The notes under the pieces: generated by a model
Seen by the model: the letters and a program-made list of their open reading frames with translations, nothing else
Databases searched by the model: none
Told to the model about the DNA's origin: nothing
Shown here: positions 1-9,199 of the stretch, one piece after another
How the letters are laid out: each line of letters begins with the position of its first letter
Position numbering within the stretch: position 1 is the stretch's first letter
Program-made: the position numbers and the translations under genes
DNA from: an uncultured Eubacteriales bacterium
GTDB lineage: Bacteria; Bacillota; Clostridia; Lachnospirales; Lachnospiraceae
Direction of reading: 5' to 3'
DNA length: 64,000 bases
Assembly (NCBI GenBank): GCA_963528005.1
Contig: CAURSM010000023.1
Location: forward strand, 11,211 to 75,210

Positions 1-584
1 TAATTAAGACCAAGATGATCACTGGGAAGCAGTTCAAACACCTGCTTCCAAATGGAGGGCGTTGTCATTAAATTCTGTCCACCAGGCCACTGATCTTTCC
101 CAAAAAGCATGGGACAATTTTCAATGGCAATCTTTACATTCTCTTCCTCTGCCAGTTTTATAATTGGTGGCCATACCTCTTTTACCAGTTCCAGATTTTC
201 TTCGATACTCTTTTTCTGGTCCCTTCCAATGAATGTGGTCACCATTCCTACGGAGAGAATCCTGCTTGCCTTTATCATTGTCTTTAAGTGCTCTACAGCC
301 GCCTCTCCTTTCTTTTTATCTTCGTCGAGAGGATTGGGATAATAAGCCAAAGAGGAAATGGTGATTCCTTTTTTCTTTCCATAATTTTTTATATCATTGG
401 CGTAGGCAGGGTCCTTTACGACTCGTTCTACATCAATATGAGAGACTCCTGCGTAGCGTCTTTGCGCTTTCTCCTGAGGCCAACAGGCAACCTCTACACA
501 ATCAAAGCCCAGACTGGAGGCCAGATCCATCATCTCCTCAAAACTACTGCTATCCAGTATTGCGCTGACAAATCCCAGTTTCAT
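1..584 (-). CDS. sugar phosphate isomerase/epimerase (xylose-isomerase-like TIM barrel), N-terminal part; the gene runs off the left edge of the window
   Basis: Absent from the ORF track because it is truncated. Manual reverse-strand translation from the ATG at 582-584 (AGGAGG 6 nt upstream) gives MKLGFVSAILDSSSFEEMMDLASSLGFDCVEVACWPQ...KIAIENCPMLF. It starts 13 nt after the stop of the preceding gene. Confidence 0.75.
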   Translation of the reverse strand, partial: MKLGFVSAILDSSSFEEMMDLASSLGFDCVEVACWPQEKAQRRYAGVSHIDVERVVKDPAYANDIKNYGKKKGITISSLAYYPNPLDEDKKKGEAAVEHLKTMIKASRILSVGMVTTFIGRDQKKSIEENLELVKEVWPPIIKLAEEENVKIAIENCPMLFGKDQWPGGQNLMTTPSIWKQVFELLPSDHLGLN

Positions 585-597
585 ACTACCCCTCCTT

Positions 598-1563
598 TTA
601 CTCTGCAATCACCTTGTCAAAATCCTTATATTTTTGTAAATGCTCTTCCAGCCATTCTTTATTCTCTATGATTTTAGGAATGCAAACCTTTTTCATATTT
701 TCAATCTCCCAGTAATGGTCATAAAGACCTTCCATACTGGTCCTTGATATTTTCTTATCTTCCGGATTAAAATGAATCTTCATGGAACCATCACTCCACC
801 CCATGGTTCCTTTCACACCGCAGGTCACACAGTAAATGTCAGGTGCCTGATCCAGCATAAAGGATTTTCCATGGCATACCGGACAAACCCCTTCTTCTCC
901 ATACCATTCAACTTCATCGTACTCTTTTCCATAAGCCTCAGTTACTCTTTTTCCAAGCTCTCTGCACTGGCCCATAAGGTTATCATCAAACAGCGGATTG
1001 GCTCTCTGCCCCTGCCCATATGCATCCAGCTGACCAACCACCTTCATGTGGATGGAAGTGCCAAACTCAGTGATTGTAGGTAGACCTAAGGCTACCCAAT
1101 GAGGAGTATCTGCACCGCCAATCGACATATAGGCTACATACCGTTTCTTAAAATAACGAGGGTCTAAGAGTTCTTCACCGCTTTTTCCCTCTACGATTCT
1201 CTTTTTCTGAATTTCATCTAGGGCAGCGCGGTCATGGGAGGCACCAAAGCGATCAATGTAATTTTTAATCTGGCCCGTAGGTCCTACGGAAAATACAGGT
1301 GCTGCAACAATGATTCCATCTGCGTCCAGAATCTTTTCTACCAGCTTTTCATAATCATCCTTAATAATACAATGTACATTGTCTCCCTGATCCCGTTTCT
1401 GACTGCAAACTCCGCATCCCAGACATGGATCAATCCGCATCCCGATGGTGCGCACAAATTCCACCTCTGCACCTGCTTCTTTTGCTGCAAATAAAGCTTC
1501 CTTTACCATAATTTCTCCGCATTTCATGGCACGTCCGCCAAAATTAATTCCTAATACTTTCAT
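598..1563 (-). CDS. iron-sulfur flavoprotein-like / NADPH-dependent FMN reductase family protein with a C-terminal Cys4 zinc-ribbon-like extension (paralog 1)
   Basis: The flavodoxin-like N-terminus MKVLGINFGG aligns with the start of paralog 21243..22187. It has a compact Cys cluster (CLGCGVC...C) and a C-terminal CPVCH...CVTCG. I prefer the ATG at 1563 (AAGGAG 9 nt upstream) over the track start at 1584. Confidence 0.7.
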   Translation of the reverse strand: MKVLGINFGGRAMKCGEIMVKEALFAAKEAGAEVEFVRTIGMRIDPCLGCGVCSQKRDQGDNVHCIIKDDYEKLVEKILDADGIIVAAPVFSVGPTGQIKNYIDRFGASHDRAALDEIQKKRIVEGKSGEELLDPRYFKKRYVAYMSIGGADTPHWVALGLPTITEFGTSIHMKVVGQLDAYGQGQRANPLFDDNLMGQCRELGKRVTEAYGKEYDEVEWYGEEGVCPVCHGKSFMLDQAPDIYCVTCGVKGTMGWSDGSMKIHFNPEDKKISRTSMEGLYDHYWEIENMKKVCIPKIIENKEWLEEHLQKYKDFDKVIAE

Positions 1564-1587
1564 TCTCTTTTTCTCCTTTTTCATGGT

Positions 1588-2781
1588 CTAATATCGTTTG
1601 AAGCGTCCTACGTGTGTCAGACGGTCCGGAACAGAAGGAACTCTGCCTGTGGTACAAAGAATCACCTTTTCGGGGCATGCTTTCATACACCTTAGGCATT
1701 TGGTGCATTTTAATTCTTCAATCATATGGATATATCCAGGCAGTCCCTCAATGCAATCCTCAGGGCATTCTTTGATACAGCTTCCGCAGCCAATACAGCC
1801 TTGTGGAGCAATATAGATGTTAGTAAAAGCGGAACAGATTCCTTCTGCACATGTACGCTTTTTTATATGATCCACATATTCCTGTTCAAAAAGCCGGAAC
1901 GTATCCAGTACAAAGTCCGCTCCTGTATTGCCAACAGAGCATCTGGAGCTGTAAGTCATGGCTTCTACCAGTTCTTTCATGATCTCCATACTGCCCCATT
2001 CCCCATTTTTCATGGTAATTTCATGAATCCTGGTATGGAGCTGCAGTAGCCCCTCCCGGCAAAAGGTGCACTTGCCGCAGCATTCCCTGCGACCTGCGTA
2101 CAAGTTTTCTTCTGCTTCATGAAGCATACAGCACTTTTGGTCAAACACGGTTATTACACCCGTATCCTGGTTCCATATATCTGACTCAACAACTGATTGT
2201 TCCAGTTTGCCTGGTAAGTGCAGATGGGTTCCAAGCTGTATTGCTTTTATACTCTCAGGTTGCATCTCAATCAATTCGTTTAAAGGTGTGCCTGGTTTCA
2301 CCCATTTGGGATCACCATACCACTCCCCTTTTCCGCTTTTGTATTTTGTACACAGATAACATTCCGGTTCGTAAGTATCCTCTACTGTTTCGTAGAGTGC
2401 TTTTAGTATAATAAAGTTACAATAAAGGCAGGTATCAAGAATATCTGACGGAATCTTACCTAAATGCACCATTACTTCAACGTTAAATTCTGAAGCCTTT
2501 TTCTCTAATAATTCTTTAAGCTCCACCTTCTCCTCTGGAAGATAACATAAAAGTTTTACATCCTTCATAAGATAACCGGCAATTGCAAGTCCCTGCAAAA
2601 TCATCTCTGGGTTTTGCTCCATGATACGAAGAAGCATATGCTCCCTATCGTGATTATGAAGGCCGGTTACAATTGAAACGGTGTTCTTTCCAGTCGTAAT
2701 CCCAAAAGGAATTTCATTCTTTCTCACCCGTTCTATCAGGAATTCCCGTCCTGCTGCTTTCGCTTTTTGAACTGCATTCAT
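1588..2781 (-). CDS. NuoF/HydB-like iron-sulfur protein (N3-type 4Fe-4S motif plus C-terminal 2x[4Fe-4S] ferredoxin domain); FMN/NADH motifs appear degenerate
   Basis: ECCGKCTFCREG matches the NuoF ESCGKCxPCReG cluster motif. The C-terminus carries CIGCGSCIKECP and CTKCLRCMKACP. Its start overlaps the upstream gene by 4 nt. Confidence 0.7.
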   Translation of the reverse strand: MNAVQKAKAAGREFLIERVRKNEIPFGITTGKNTVSIVTGLHNHDREHMLLRIMEQNPEMILQGLAIAGYLMKDVKLLCYLPEEKVELKELLEKKASEFNVEVMVHLGKIPSDILDTCLYCNFIILKALYETVEDTYEPECYLCTKYKSGKGEWYGDPKWVKPGTPLNELIEMQPESIKAIQLGTHLHLPGKLEQSVVESDIWNQDTGVITVFDQKCCMLHEAEENLYAGRRECCGKCTFCREGLLQLHTRIHEITMKNGEWGSMEIMKELVEAMTYSSRCSVGNTGADFVLDTFRLFEQEYVDHIKKRTCAEGICSAFTNIYIAPQGCIGCGSCIKECPEDCIEGLPGYIHMIEELKCTKCLRCMKACPEKVILCTTGRVPSVPDRLTHVGRFKRY

Positions 2782-4862
2782 CGAACTTCCTCCTCCCAGT
2801 CAAAGCTGCCCCATAGTCTTGGAGGTGTGATCGTTAGCCTTAGATCGCACTGCAAGCATCTGTTTGCTTCCCCGCAGATATCCTCACTGCAGATTCCTTC
2901 ATGGTAAGGCAAAAAGCTGTTTACCCGCTTTTTATTTCCAAAGTTCTCAACTCTGCCAATGAAATCCTCCCGTTCTGTAGGTGGAGCAAGTATCTCACTA
3001 ATATCACCGTCCCCGCCTAGATACCGGTCAATGGAACCTGCGGCTTCCCGGCCAGAAGCAATTGCTTCTATTACAGATCTTGTTCCATAGACGACATCAC
3101 CAGCGGCAAAGATTCCATCAATCCCAGTTTTTAATGTTTTAGGATCTACTGTTATGTAACCACCAGGCGTAAGGGGCACTCCGCTTTCATTCTCTAGCTC
3201 AGGGCGCTGTCCCACTGCAAATATAACGGTATCGGCTTGAATGTGGTATTTCGAGTTTTCCTTTTTCGTAATAACTGGACGGCCCTCCTTATCAAAGGTA
3301 AAGGTTAAGACCTCCATGAACTCAACTCCATCTGCCTGTGATTCTCCAGTGATGCGCTCAAAGGTCAGGCCAGGATGCACTATGATTCCTTCTTCCATTG
3401 CCTGTGTGATTTCCTCTTCATCAGCCGGCATCTTTTCCCTGCTTTCCAGACAGGCCAGATGAACTTCTATCGCACCTAGACGTCTTGCTGTTCTTGCACA
3501 GTCGAAAGCCACATTGCCTCCTCCAAGAACAACCACTCTTTTTCCCATTCCAGTATCTTTATTTTCTGTGACAGCCTTTAGAAATTCGGTGTTTACCAGC
3601 ACCCCTTTCAGCTCAGCACCCTCTATGGGGAGCCGTATGCCTTTATGAGTCCCCAAGGCTAATAGCACAACCTCATATTCTTCTTTAAGAGCAAAAAGAT
3701 TTTCCACCTTTTTATTGCATTCCACCTTGATACCAATGTCCTTTATGACCTGCCATTCTTCCTCTATAATACTTACTGGAAGTCGGTATTCTGGTATTCC
3801 ATAACGAAGCATTCCCCCAGCCTTAGGGTTTGCCTCCAGTATAGTCACCTCGTGCCCTTGCTTTCTTAAATAATAAGCTGCCGTCATACCAGCCGGTCCT
3901 GCCCCTACGATACAGACCCTCTTTCCAGTATCTGGAAGCTGTTTTCCTTTTCCTCTCCAAAAGGTACCGGTATCGGCTTCTGCTGCAAACCGCTTGATTT
4001 CCCGGATGGACATGGCCTCATTGATCTCACCCCGTTTGCACTGCATTTCGCATACATGATTGCAGATGTAGCCAAGAACCTTTGGAAATGGCACTTTTTC
4101 CCGAATCACAGCCGCTGCTTCCTCAACTCTTCCCTCTCCCACCAGATAAATATAACGAGGCACATCTGTATGGGCTGGACAGGCGGCGCGGCAGGGTACA
4201 ATCATCTCTTCTCTGGTTTTCTCTGTTTCCATAAGAGAACGTTTGTCACGGATTGTCCCGGTTGGACAAACTTCCGCACATGCCTGACAAAACCGGCAGT
4301 CCTCATCCTTTAAAAGTTTATCATGAAGCGTACCAATGTAAGTCTCCATGTTTTCTTTGGAATACTTTAAAATCCCTACTCCTCTTAAATCCTTGCAGGC
4401 TCTGACACAGCGCCCGCAGAGGATACACCGGTTCATATCATGAGCTAGCAGGGGATTTTCTTCCACAGGACGAAACCCTTTTACCCTGTGCTTCATCCGT
4501 GTACTAGCTCCTCCTAGATATTGAATCAGGGTCTGCAGTTCACAGTTTCCGTATTTTGGACAGGTAGAGCAGTCTTCTGGATGACCTGCCAAAAGCAGAT
4601 CAAGGGCCAGGGAACGAAGCCTGCTTATTTTTTCGCTTTTTGTTTTGATGACCATACCGTCTCTTGGCTTTAAGGTACAGGAGGTAACCACCTGGTCCTC
4701 TCCTTCTACCTCTACAATGCATAACCGGCAGGAGCCGTGTTCTGGAAGATTGGGATGGTGGCACAAATGAGGAATGTAGATTCCTGCCTTAAGCGCCTCT
4801 TCCAACACACAAGATTCTTCCGGCACCTGAATTTTTATACCATCGATTGTTATTGCTGGCAT
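2778..4862 (-). CDS. multidomain Fe-S flavoprotein: NuoG/HydA-like N-terminal 2Fe-2S and 4Fe-4S domains fused to a GltD/NfnB-like NAD(P)H-dependent FAD oxidoreductase
   Basis: ITIDGIKIQVPE...SCRLC (2Fe-2S), HPEDCSTCPKYGNCELQ (NuoG His-Cys3 motif), CILCGRCVRAC and CRFCQACAEVCP, then VCIVGAGPAGMTAA and VVVLGGGNVAFD Rossmann motifs. The ATG at 4862 has GGAGG 5 nt upstream; the track start at 4874 overlaps the upstream stop codon. Confidence 0.8.
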   Translation of the reverse strand: MPAITIDGIKIQVPEESCVLEEALKAGIYIPHLCHHPNLPEHGSCRLCIVEVEGEDQVVTSCTLKPRDGMVIKTKSEKISRLRSLALDLLLAGHPEDCSTCPKYGNCELQTLIQYLGGASTRMKHRVKGFRPVEENPLLAHDMNRCILCGRCVRACKDLRGVGILKYSKENMETYIGTLHDKLLKDEDCRFCQACAEVCPTGTIRDKRSLMETEKTREEMIVPCRAACPAHTDVPRYIYLVGEGRVEEAAAVIREKVPFPKVLGYICNHVCEMQCKRGEINEAMSIREIKRFAAEADTGTFWRGKGKQLPDTGKRVCIVGAGPAGMTAAYYLRKQGHEVTILEANPKAGGMLRYGIPEYRLPVSIIEEEWQVIKDIGIKVECNKKVENLFALKEEYEVVLLALGTHKGIRLPIEGAELKGVLVNTEFLKAVTENKDTGMGKRVVVLGGGNVAFDCARTARRLGAIEVHLACLESREKMPADEEEITQAMEEGIIVHPGLTFERITGESQADGVEFMEVLTFTFDKEGRPVITKKENSKYHIQADTVIFAVGQRPELENESGVPLTPGGYITVDPKTLKTGIDGIFAAGDVVYGTRSVIEAIASGREAAGSIDRYLGGDGDISEILAPPTEREDFIGRVENFGNKKRVNSFLPYHEGICSEDICGEANRCLQCDLRLTITPPRLWGSFDWEEEVR

Positions 4863-4873
4863 AATCCCCTCCA

Positions 4874-6325
4874 TTATATTTTTTCTTTTATGTATTCCAC
4901 TGCACTGAGGGCTGCAATGCGTCCTGTATTAACCGCATAGCCCATGGAATTACCAGGCAGCAAAAACATGTAGCTGTCATCGTAGATGTTGCAGGAATCT
5001 GCACCTGCACAGTAAAGTCCAGGTACTGGCATATAATCGTTGTCGCAGGCCTCACAGTTTTCGTTGATTCGTATCCCTCCAACAGTTCCATATCCACCGG
5101 GGTGAATTGCTGCCGCATAATAGGGAGCCTTAAACAAAGGTCTTAAGTATTTGGGATCTTTAAAGAATTCAAGGTCTCTGCAATCACAAAAATAGTTATA
5201 ATTGTCTACAGTTTCTTTTAAATTGTCTGCATTAATCCCAGCTAATTGTGCCAGTTCCTCTATGGTATCAGCAATAAAATAATGTTTGCTTCCATTTTTC
5301 TTCAGCATCTGAATGCCTTCATAAAAGTCTGACACATCTGGATTGGGAGTTACCAGACTCGTCACGTCTACGCCATGGCTGATATAATAATTTACAATGG
5401 AACTATCTACGATTGAAAAACAGACCTTACCCCTTTGATGGTTTGCCACATTGGATAGGTAAGTGGTGTTTTGCATATAATCCTCATTCATAACTCTCTT
5501 ACCAAAAGAATTCACCAGCAGATTGGGCTGCTTCATAATATTGGTGACTCCACCTGTGGTGGGCTCCCCCCCTCCCAGATCACTGGCCATTTCAATTCTC
5601 ATCTGGGTCTGGTCCGCTCCTGCCTCCCAAGCCATTCTAAGTCCATCGCCCATTAACCCTGGGATGGCGAAGTTAAAGACATCCTTGCCATGCTCCAGCC
5701 CGGTATGCTCCTTAATCATATCCTTATTGGCTCCTGCTCCTCCGGTACAGATAATTGCAGCATTGCAGTTGACTCTAACCTCCTGCCCGTCAGGAGAAGT
5801 TCCAATCATACCAGTTACTTTTCCATGTTCCTTTATAATCTTTTTTACAGAATGCTCTAACAGGATTGTTACTCCAAGTTCCAGAGCCTTCTCATACATA
5901 GCTCGATTCATAAAAGATGCTGCCCTTGGTCCAATCCCTGTATCTGTCTTTACAATGTGCCAGGTTGCTTCTGACTGGGGGAAGTAGCGGAATGCGCCCT
6001 CAAACTCAACGCCCATATCCTCAAGCCACTGTATGGTTTCTCCAGACTGGGAAAAATACCGCTTTACTAGCCTGGCATCCACATTGTAATGGGTATAATC
6101 CATAAACATGTTAAACGCTTTTTCTACACTGATGTCTATCATCTGTCTTTTCTGATATAAGGTCCCGATTCCCAAAGGACCCATTCCCATATTGGCGGCG
6201 CCCCCAACTGTAGATGCCTTTTCAAGCACCACCACACTTGCCCCCAACTGTGCTGCCTGAACAGCAGCCGCCAGTCCGGAAGGGCCTGCCGCAATGACTC
6301 CGACCTGTGCTTCATACTCTTTCAT
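4874..6325 (-). CDS. FAD-dependent oxidoreductase of the fumarate reductase / urocanate reductase / 3-ketosteroid dehydrogenase flavoprotein family (FAD_binding_2); soluble
   Basis: N-terminal dinucleotide fold VGVIAAGPSGLAAAVQAAQLGASVVVLEK and C-terminal GLYCAGAD motif. No signal peptide or TM segment. It is the first gene of the operon, downstream of a 262-bp AT-rich region. Confidence 0.8.
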   Translation of the reverse strand: MKEYEAQVGVIAAGPSGLAAAVQAAQLGASVVVLEKASTVGGAANMGMGPLGIGTLYQKRQMIDISVEKAFNMFMDYTHYNVDARLVKRYFSQSGETIQWLEDMGVEFEGAFRYFPQSEATWHIVKTDTGIGPRAASFMNRAMYEKALELGVTILLEHSVKKIIKEHGKVTGMIGTSPDGQEVRVNCNAAIICTGGAGANKDMIKEHTGLEHGKDVFNFAIPGLMGDGLRMAWEAGADQTQMRIEMASDLGGGEPTTGGVTNIMKQPNLLVNSFGKRVMNEDYMQNTTYLSNVANHQRGKVCFSIVDSSIVNYYISHGVDVTSLVTPNPDVSDFYEGIQMLKKNGSKHYFIADTIEELAQLAGINADNLKETVDNYNYFCDCRDLEFFKDPKYLRPLFKAPYYAAAIHPGGYGTVGGIRINENCEACDNDYMPVPGLYCAGADSCNIYDDSYMFLLPGNSMGYAVNTGRIAALSAVEYIKEKI

Positions 6326-6535
6326 ATATGTAACTTCCTTTCAGAACAATTTGAATTAACAAGTATAATTATATAATTTATCTCAAATAGTTTCTCGACA
6401 CTTTCACGATTATATCAGCATTTATTCTAGTATTTTTAATCTATTTTCCATTATTAATTAATTTCAATTATTAAATATTAAATATTTCTCATATTCATTA
6501 ATATTATCCGTATGTTTGTACCTTTAAGATAGAAG

Positions 6536-6579
6536 TACCGGAAGAACCAAAGTACTAATTCTCTTTGATTCCTCCGGTA
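6536..6579 (-). terminator. long imperfect hairpin directly after the DgpC-like stop codon; possible operon boundary
   Basis: TACCGGAAGAACCAAAG...CTTTGATTCCTCCGGTA forms a stem of about 17 bp with mismatches. The minus-strand U-tract is weak, so termination efficiency is uncertain. Confidence 0.4.
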
Positions 6580-6587
6580 TTTTAATA

Positions 6588-7640
6588 TTATTCCTCTATG
6601 GCTCTTCTAAGCGCCTCCTGCTGACGCCTTACCTGTTCAATGCTGTCAACCTCCAGAGCATCATTTAGCATCCGGTTTCCTTCGTATTCGGAAGAAAGAT
6701 ATCCGTTATAACCAGCTTTTTTATAAGCTTCCACCACTTCTTTTATCGGGATGGAGGTTTCTTCATAAGCCTCATTCATATGATAAAACTTGGCATGTGT
6801 ATGATAAATATACTGGATATTATCAATAATATCTTTGGGATCGCACCAGGTATAATCAAAAGTGGAACCTGCATAGGCCAGTTCTGCCGGCGTGGCATGA
6901 ATCTTCTCCAATGTCTCCATTAGATTTGGATATCCATTGGCCTTCATATACGCTCCATGAGCCCTTCCCAGATTTAAATCGTATTTAATCTTTGTGAATC
7001 CTTGATTCACACGGTTTAAGAAAGCATCTTCTACGATTTTAATCACTTCTTCCCGGCATCCATTACGAACAGCCTGAGCGGTCAGAATATCCGGGATCTT
7101 GCGGCAGAAGATTCCAAAATCGGGCATAAAACCAAAATGCCTTGTGCCGGTCTTATGTATCATTTCCATATAGCCGTCAGCCCAGCCGGAACTAAGGGAG
7201 AAGGGAGAATGTACCTCTATACAGATTTTAATATCCTTTTCTTCTGCATATGGTATGCTGCCTTCAATCACATCCATAGGAGTAGAAACCAGGGTTCTTA
7301 AGGTCTGAAAGCCTAGCTGACTGGCATTTTCAATATCCCGCTTCATCATGGCAATCTGCTCTCGCAAGGTACAAATCCGGTTGTCATAGATTCGATTTTC
7401 CAGAAAAGCATCGTAGCAGGTTGGCTCTGTCCCATACTTTTTCATCCAGCCAAACCATTTCTCTTTAAACTCCGGTGTAATCACCGGAAAATCATCTACC
7501 ATCTGCTCTGCTAAAAGCTCAATGCCTGTGGCTCCTGTTTTCGCGGTTTCTCGTATACAGCCTTCCAGATCAAGCTTTCCTTCGTAATACTCCTGCTGGT
7601 AGCTGTATAGAGACACACTTATTTTTATTTTGTTATCCAT
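6588..7640 (-). CDS. C-glycoside deglycosidase alpha-subunit-like TIM-barrel protein (DgpC/CarB-like sugar phosphate isomerase/epimerase fold)
   Basis: Xylose-isomerase-like TIM-barrel sequence (GIELLAEQ..., ICIEVHSPF). It follows a ~128-aa partner ORF and a Gfo/Idh/MocA oxidoreductase. The ATG at 7640 has GGAGG 7 nt upstream; the track start at 7661 is a TTG overlapping the upstream stop. Confidence 0.7.
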   Translation of the reverse strand: MDNKIKISVSLYSYQQEYYEGKLDLEGCIRETAKTGATGIELLAEQMVDDFPVITPEFKEKWFGWMKKYGTEPTCYDAFLENRIYDNRICTLREQIAMMKRDIENASQLGFQTLRTLVSTPMDVIEGSIPYAEEKDIKICIEVHSPFSLSSGWADGYMEMIHKTGTRHFGFMPDFGIFCRKIPDILTAQAVRNGCREEVIKIVEDAFLNRVNQGFTKIKYDLNLGRAHGAYMKANGYPNLMETLEKIHATPAELAYAGSTFDYTWCDPKDIIDNIQYIYHTHAKFYHMNEAYEETSIPIKEVVEAYKKAGYNGYLSSEYEGNRMLNDALEVDSIEQVRRQQEALRRAIEE

Positions 7641-7657
7641 CCCATTTCCTCCCTGTC

Positions 7658-8044
7658 TCAAAGTTCAAAATCGTACTCACCTGCATGAACCAGAATATGT
7701 GGCATGTAGGAAGGTGCAATTGTCTGGGTACACTTGATGTGATGGTTACCAGGGGCCAGACCACCCTCTGCAATCACCGTAACCGTTCCATACTGGCCAA
7801 ACAGCCAGCGATTGCTGATTACAGTTTTCATCTCATCCTGTGTAAAGGTTTCCCCATTAACCGTAAACAATATGGATTCCCTGGGATATTCTACTCCATC
7901 TACATTGACTTCAATATTGCGTAAAATCGAAAGGGTGATGCCCCGATAATACTGAATCTTCATTTTAAAACAAAAACCTGTAACTCTGCCTTCTTCCTCT
8001 ATGTTTTGAAAGCCAAGAGGATGATACATCTGTTTTGGAAACAT
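7658..8044 (-). CDS. small C-glycoside deglycosidase beta-subunit-like protein (DgpB/DUF6379-like)
   Basis: 128 aa, positioned between the oxidoreductase and the TIM-barrel gene as in dgpABC-type loci. The YYRGITLSILRNIEVNVDG pattern resembles my recollection of this family. No search was possible. Confidence 0.6.
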   Translation of the reverse strand: MFPKQMYHPLGFQNIEEEGRVTGFCFKMKIQYYRGITLSILRNIEVNVDGVEYPRESILFTVNGETFTQDEMKTVISNRWLFGQYGTVTVIAEGGLAPGNHHIKCTQTIAPSYMPHILVHAGEYDFEL

Positions 8045-8073
8045 AATGATTTGGCTCCTTTTTATAATTTAAT

Positions 8074-9177
8074 TTAGAAAAAAACTTCTTTCCCGGTTTC
8101 GGCAGACTGATAGATGCCCTCCAGAATTTGAGTGACTACAAATGCCTGCTCTGGCTTCACAAGAGGATCCTCATTATTTAAGATTGCCAAAAGCCACTGC
8201 TTCTGCTCTCTGACTCCTTCAGCGGAAGCACCACCTTCAAAGAAATCCACCACTCCAGCAGGAGATATGGTTTTCTCCATGAGTGTGTTGTGCTCCACAG
8301 TATTGTAGATTAATTCATCTTTTGGATAACTGCCCCCATGATGAATCTCAGCTCCCGCTTTCGTACCGCAAAGTGTGGTGGATGCCTCCATGGATTTTAA
8401 AACATTCAGGGCCCAGGATGCCTCCAGATAAATGGTCGCTCCATTTTTCATCTTTACAAGCCCAAATGCGGAATCTTCTACCTCAAAGGTTTCTGGGTCC
8501 CATGGACCAAATACATTGCCTTCCGGTCCATCTGCCTGACGCCCCAGCTTATAATATACCTGGCCGGAAACAGATAAAGGCTCATAGTTATTCATCATCC
8601 AAAGTGTAATATCCAGAGCATGGGTTCCAATATCAATCAGGGGGCCTCCCCCCTGGAGTGACTTATCCGGGAATACTCCCCAGGTTGGTACTGCTCTTCT
8701 TCTTAATGCATGGGCCTTAGCAAAATAGATCTCTCCCAATTCATTGGCTGCACAAGAGGCATGTAGGGTCTGAGTATCTTCCCTTAGTCGGTTTTGATAG
8801 CCAACGGTGAACTTTTTCCCCGACTTCTTCCACGCATCCAGCATTTTTATTGCATCTTCCGTGGTATGTGCCATTGGCTTTTCACACATCACATGCTTTC
8901 CGGCTTCAAACGCCGCAACTGTTATGGGACAATGAGCCACATTGGGTGTGCAGACATGAACCACATCCACATCAGGATCATTCACCAGGTCATTATAATT
9001 GGAATACACCTTTGCATCTGTTGAACCGTATTCTCTGGCGGCTTTCACAGCCCTCTCTTCCACAATGTCGCAGAATGCAACAATTTCATTCAATTCTCCA
9101 TTTGCTTTTAATGATGGCATATGCTTCTGATTTGCTATTCCGCCGCAGCCGACGATACCAATTCTTAATTTTTTCAT
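8074..9177 (-). CDS. Gfo/Idh/MocA family NAD-dependent oxidoreductase (DgpA-like glycoside 3-oxidase candidate)
   Basis: N-terminal Rossmann motif MKKLRIGIVGCGGIANQKH, an EKP motif (CEKPMA), and a length typical of the family. Confidence 0.8.
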   Translation of the reverse strand: MKKLRIGIVGCGGIANQKHMPSLKANGELNEIVAFCDIVEERAVKAAREYGSTDAKVYSNYNDLVNDPDVDVVHVCTPNVAHCPITVAAFEAGKHVMCEKPMAHTTEDAIKMLDAWKKSGKKFTVGYQNRLREDTQTLHASCAANELGEIYFAKAHALRRRAVPTWGVFPDKSLQGGGPLIDIGTHALDITLWMMNNYEPLSVSGQVYYKLGRQADGPEGNVFGPWDPETFEVEDSAFGLVKMKNGATIYLEASWALNVLKSMEASTTLCGTKAGAEIHHGGSYPKDELIYNTVEHNTLMEKTISPAGVVDFFEGGASAEGVREQKQWLLAILNNEDPLVKPEQAFVVTQILEGIYQSAETGKEVFF

Positions 9178-9199
9178 ATTTGTTTTTCCTTTCTAAATC

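Noticed and set aside
109-1083. Plus-strand ORFs of 77-127 aa (109..342, 288..671, 772..1083).
   Set aside because: They lie antisense within clearly homologous minus-strand genes. Their products are low-complexity or Ser/Phe/Leu-rich, they have no RBS and they overlap one another. These are shadow ORFs.
5523-5987. 154-aa plus-strand ORF inside the FAD reductase gene. Similar antisense ORFs occur across the window (for example 17072..17620, 20851..21288, 21829..22206, 57804..58364 and 26674..27111).
   Set aside because: All are embedded antisense in genes with strong family signatures and have Pro/Ser-rich, non-protein-like composition. They are typical mirror-frame artefacts.
6400-6520. An extremely AT-rich tract with short tandem AAATATT repeats between the dgp-like and reductase operons, considered as a repeat element or CRISPR-like feature.
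   Set aside because: There are only two short copies and no spacer/repeat periodicity. It is consistent with an ordinary AT-rich promoter or UP-element region.
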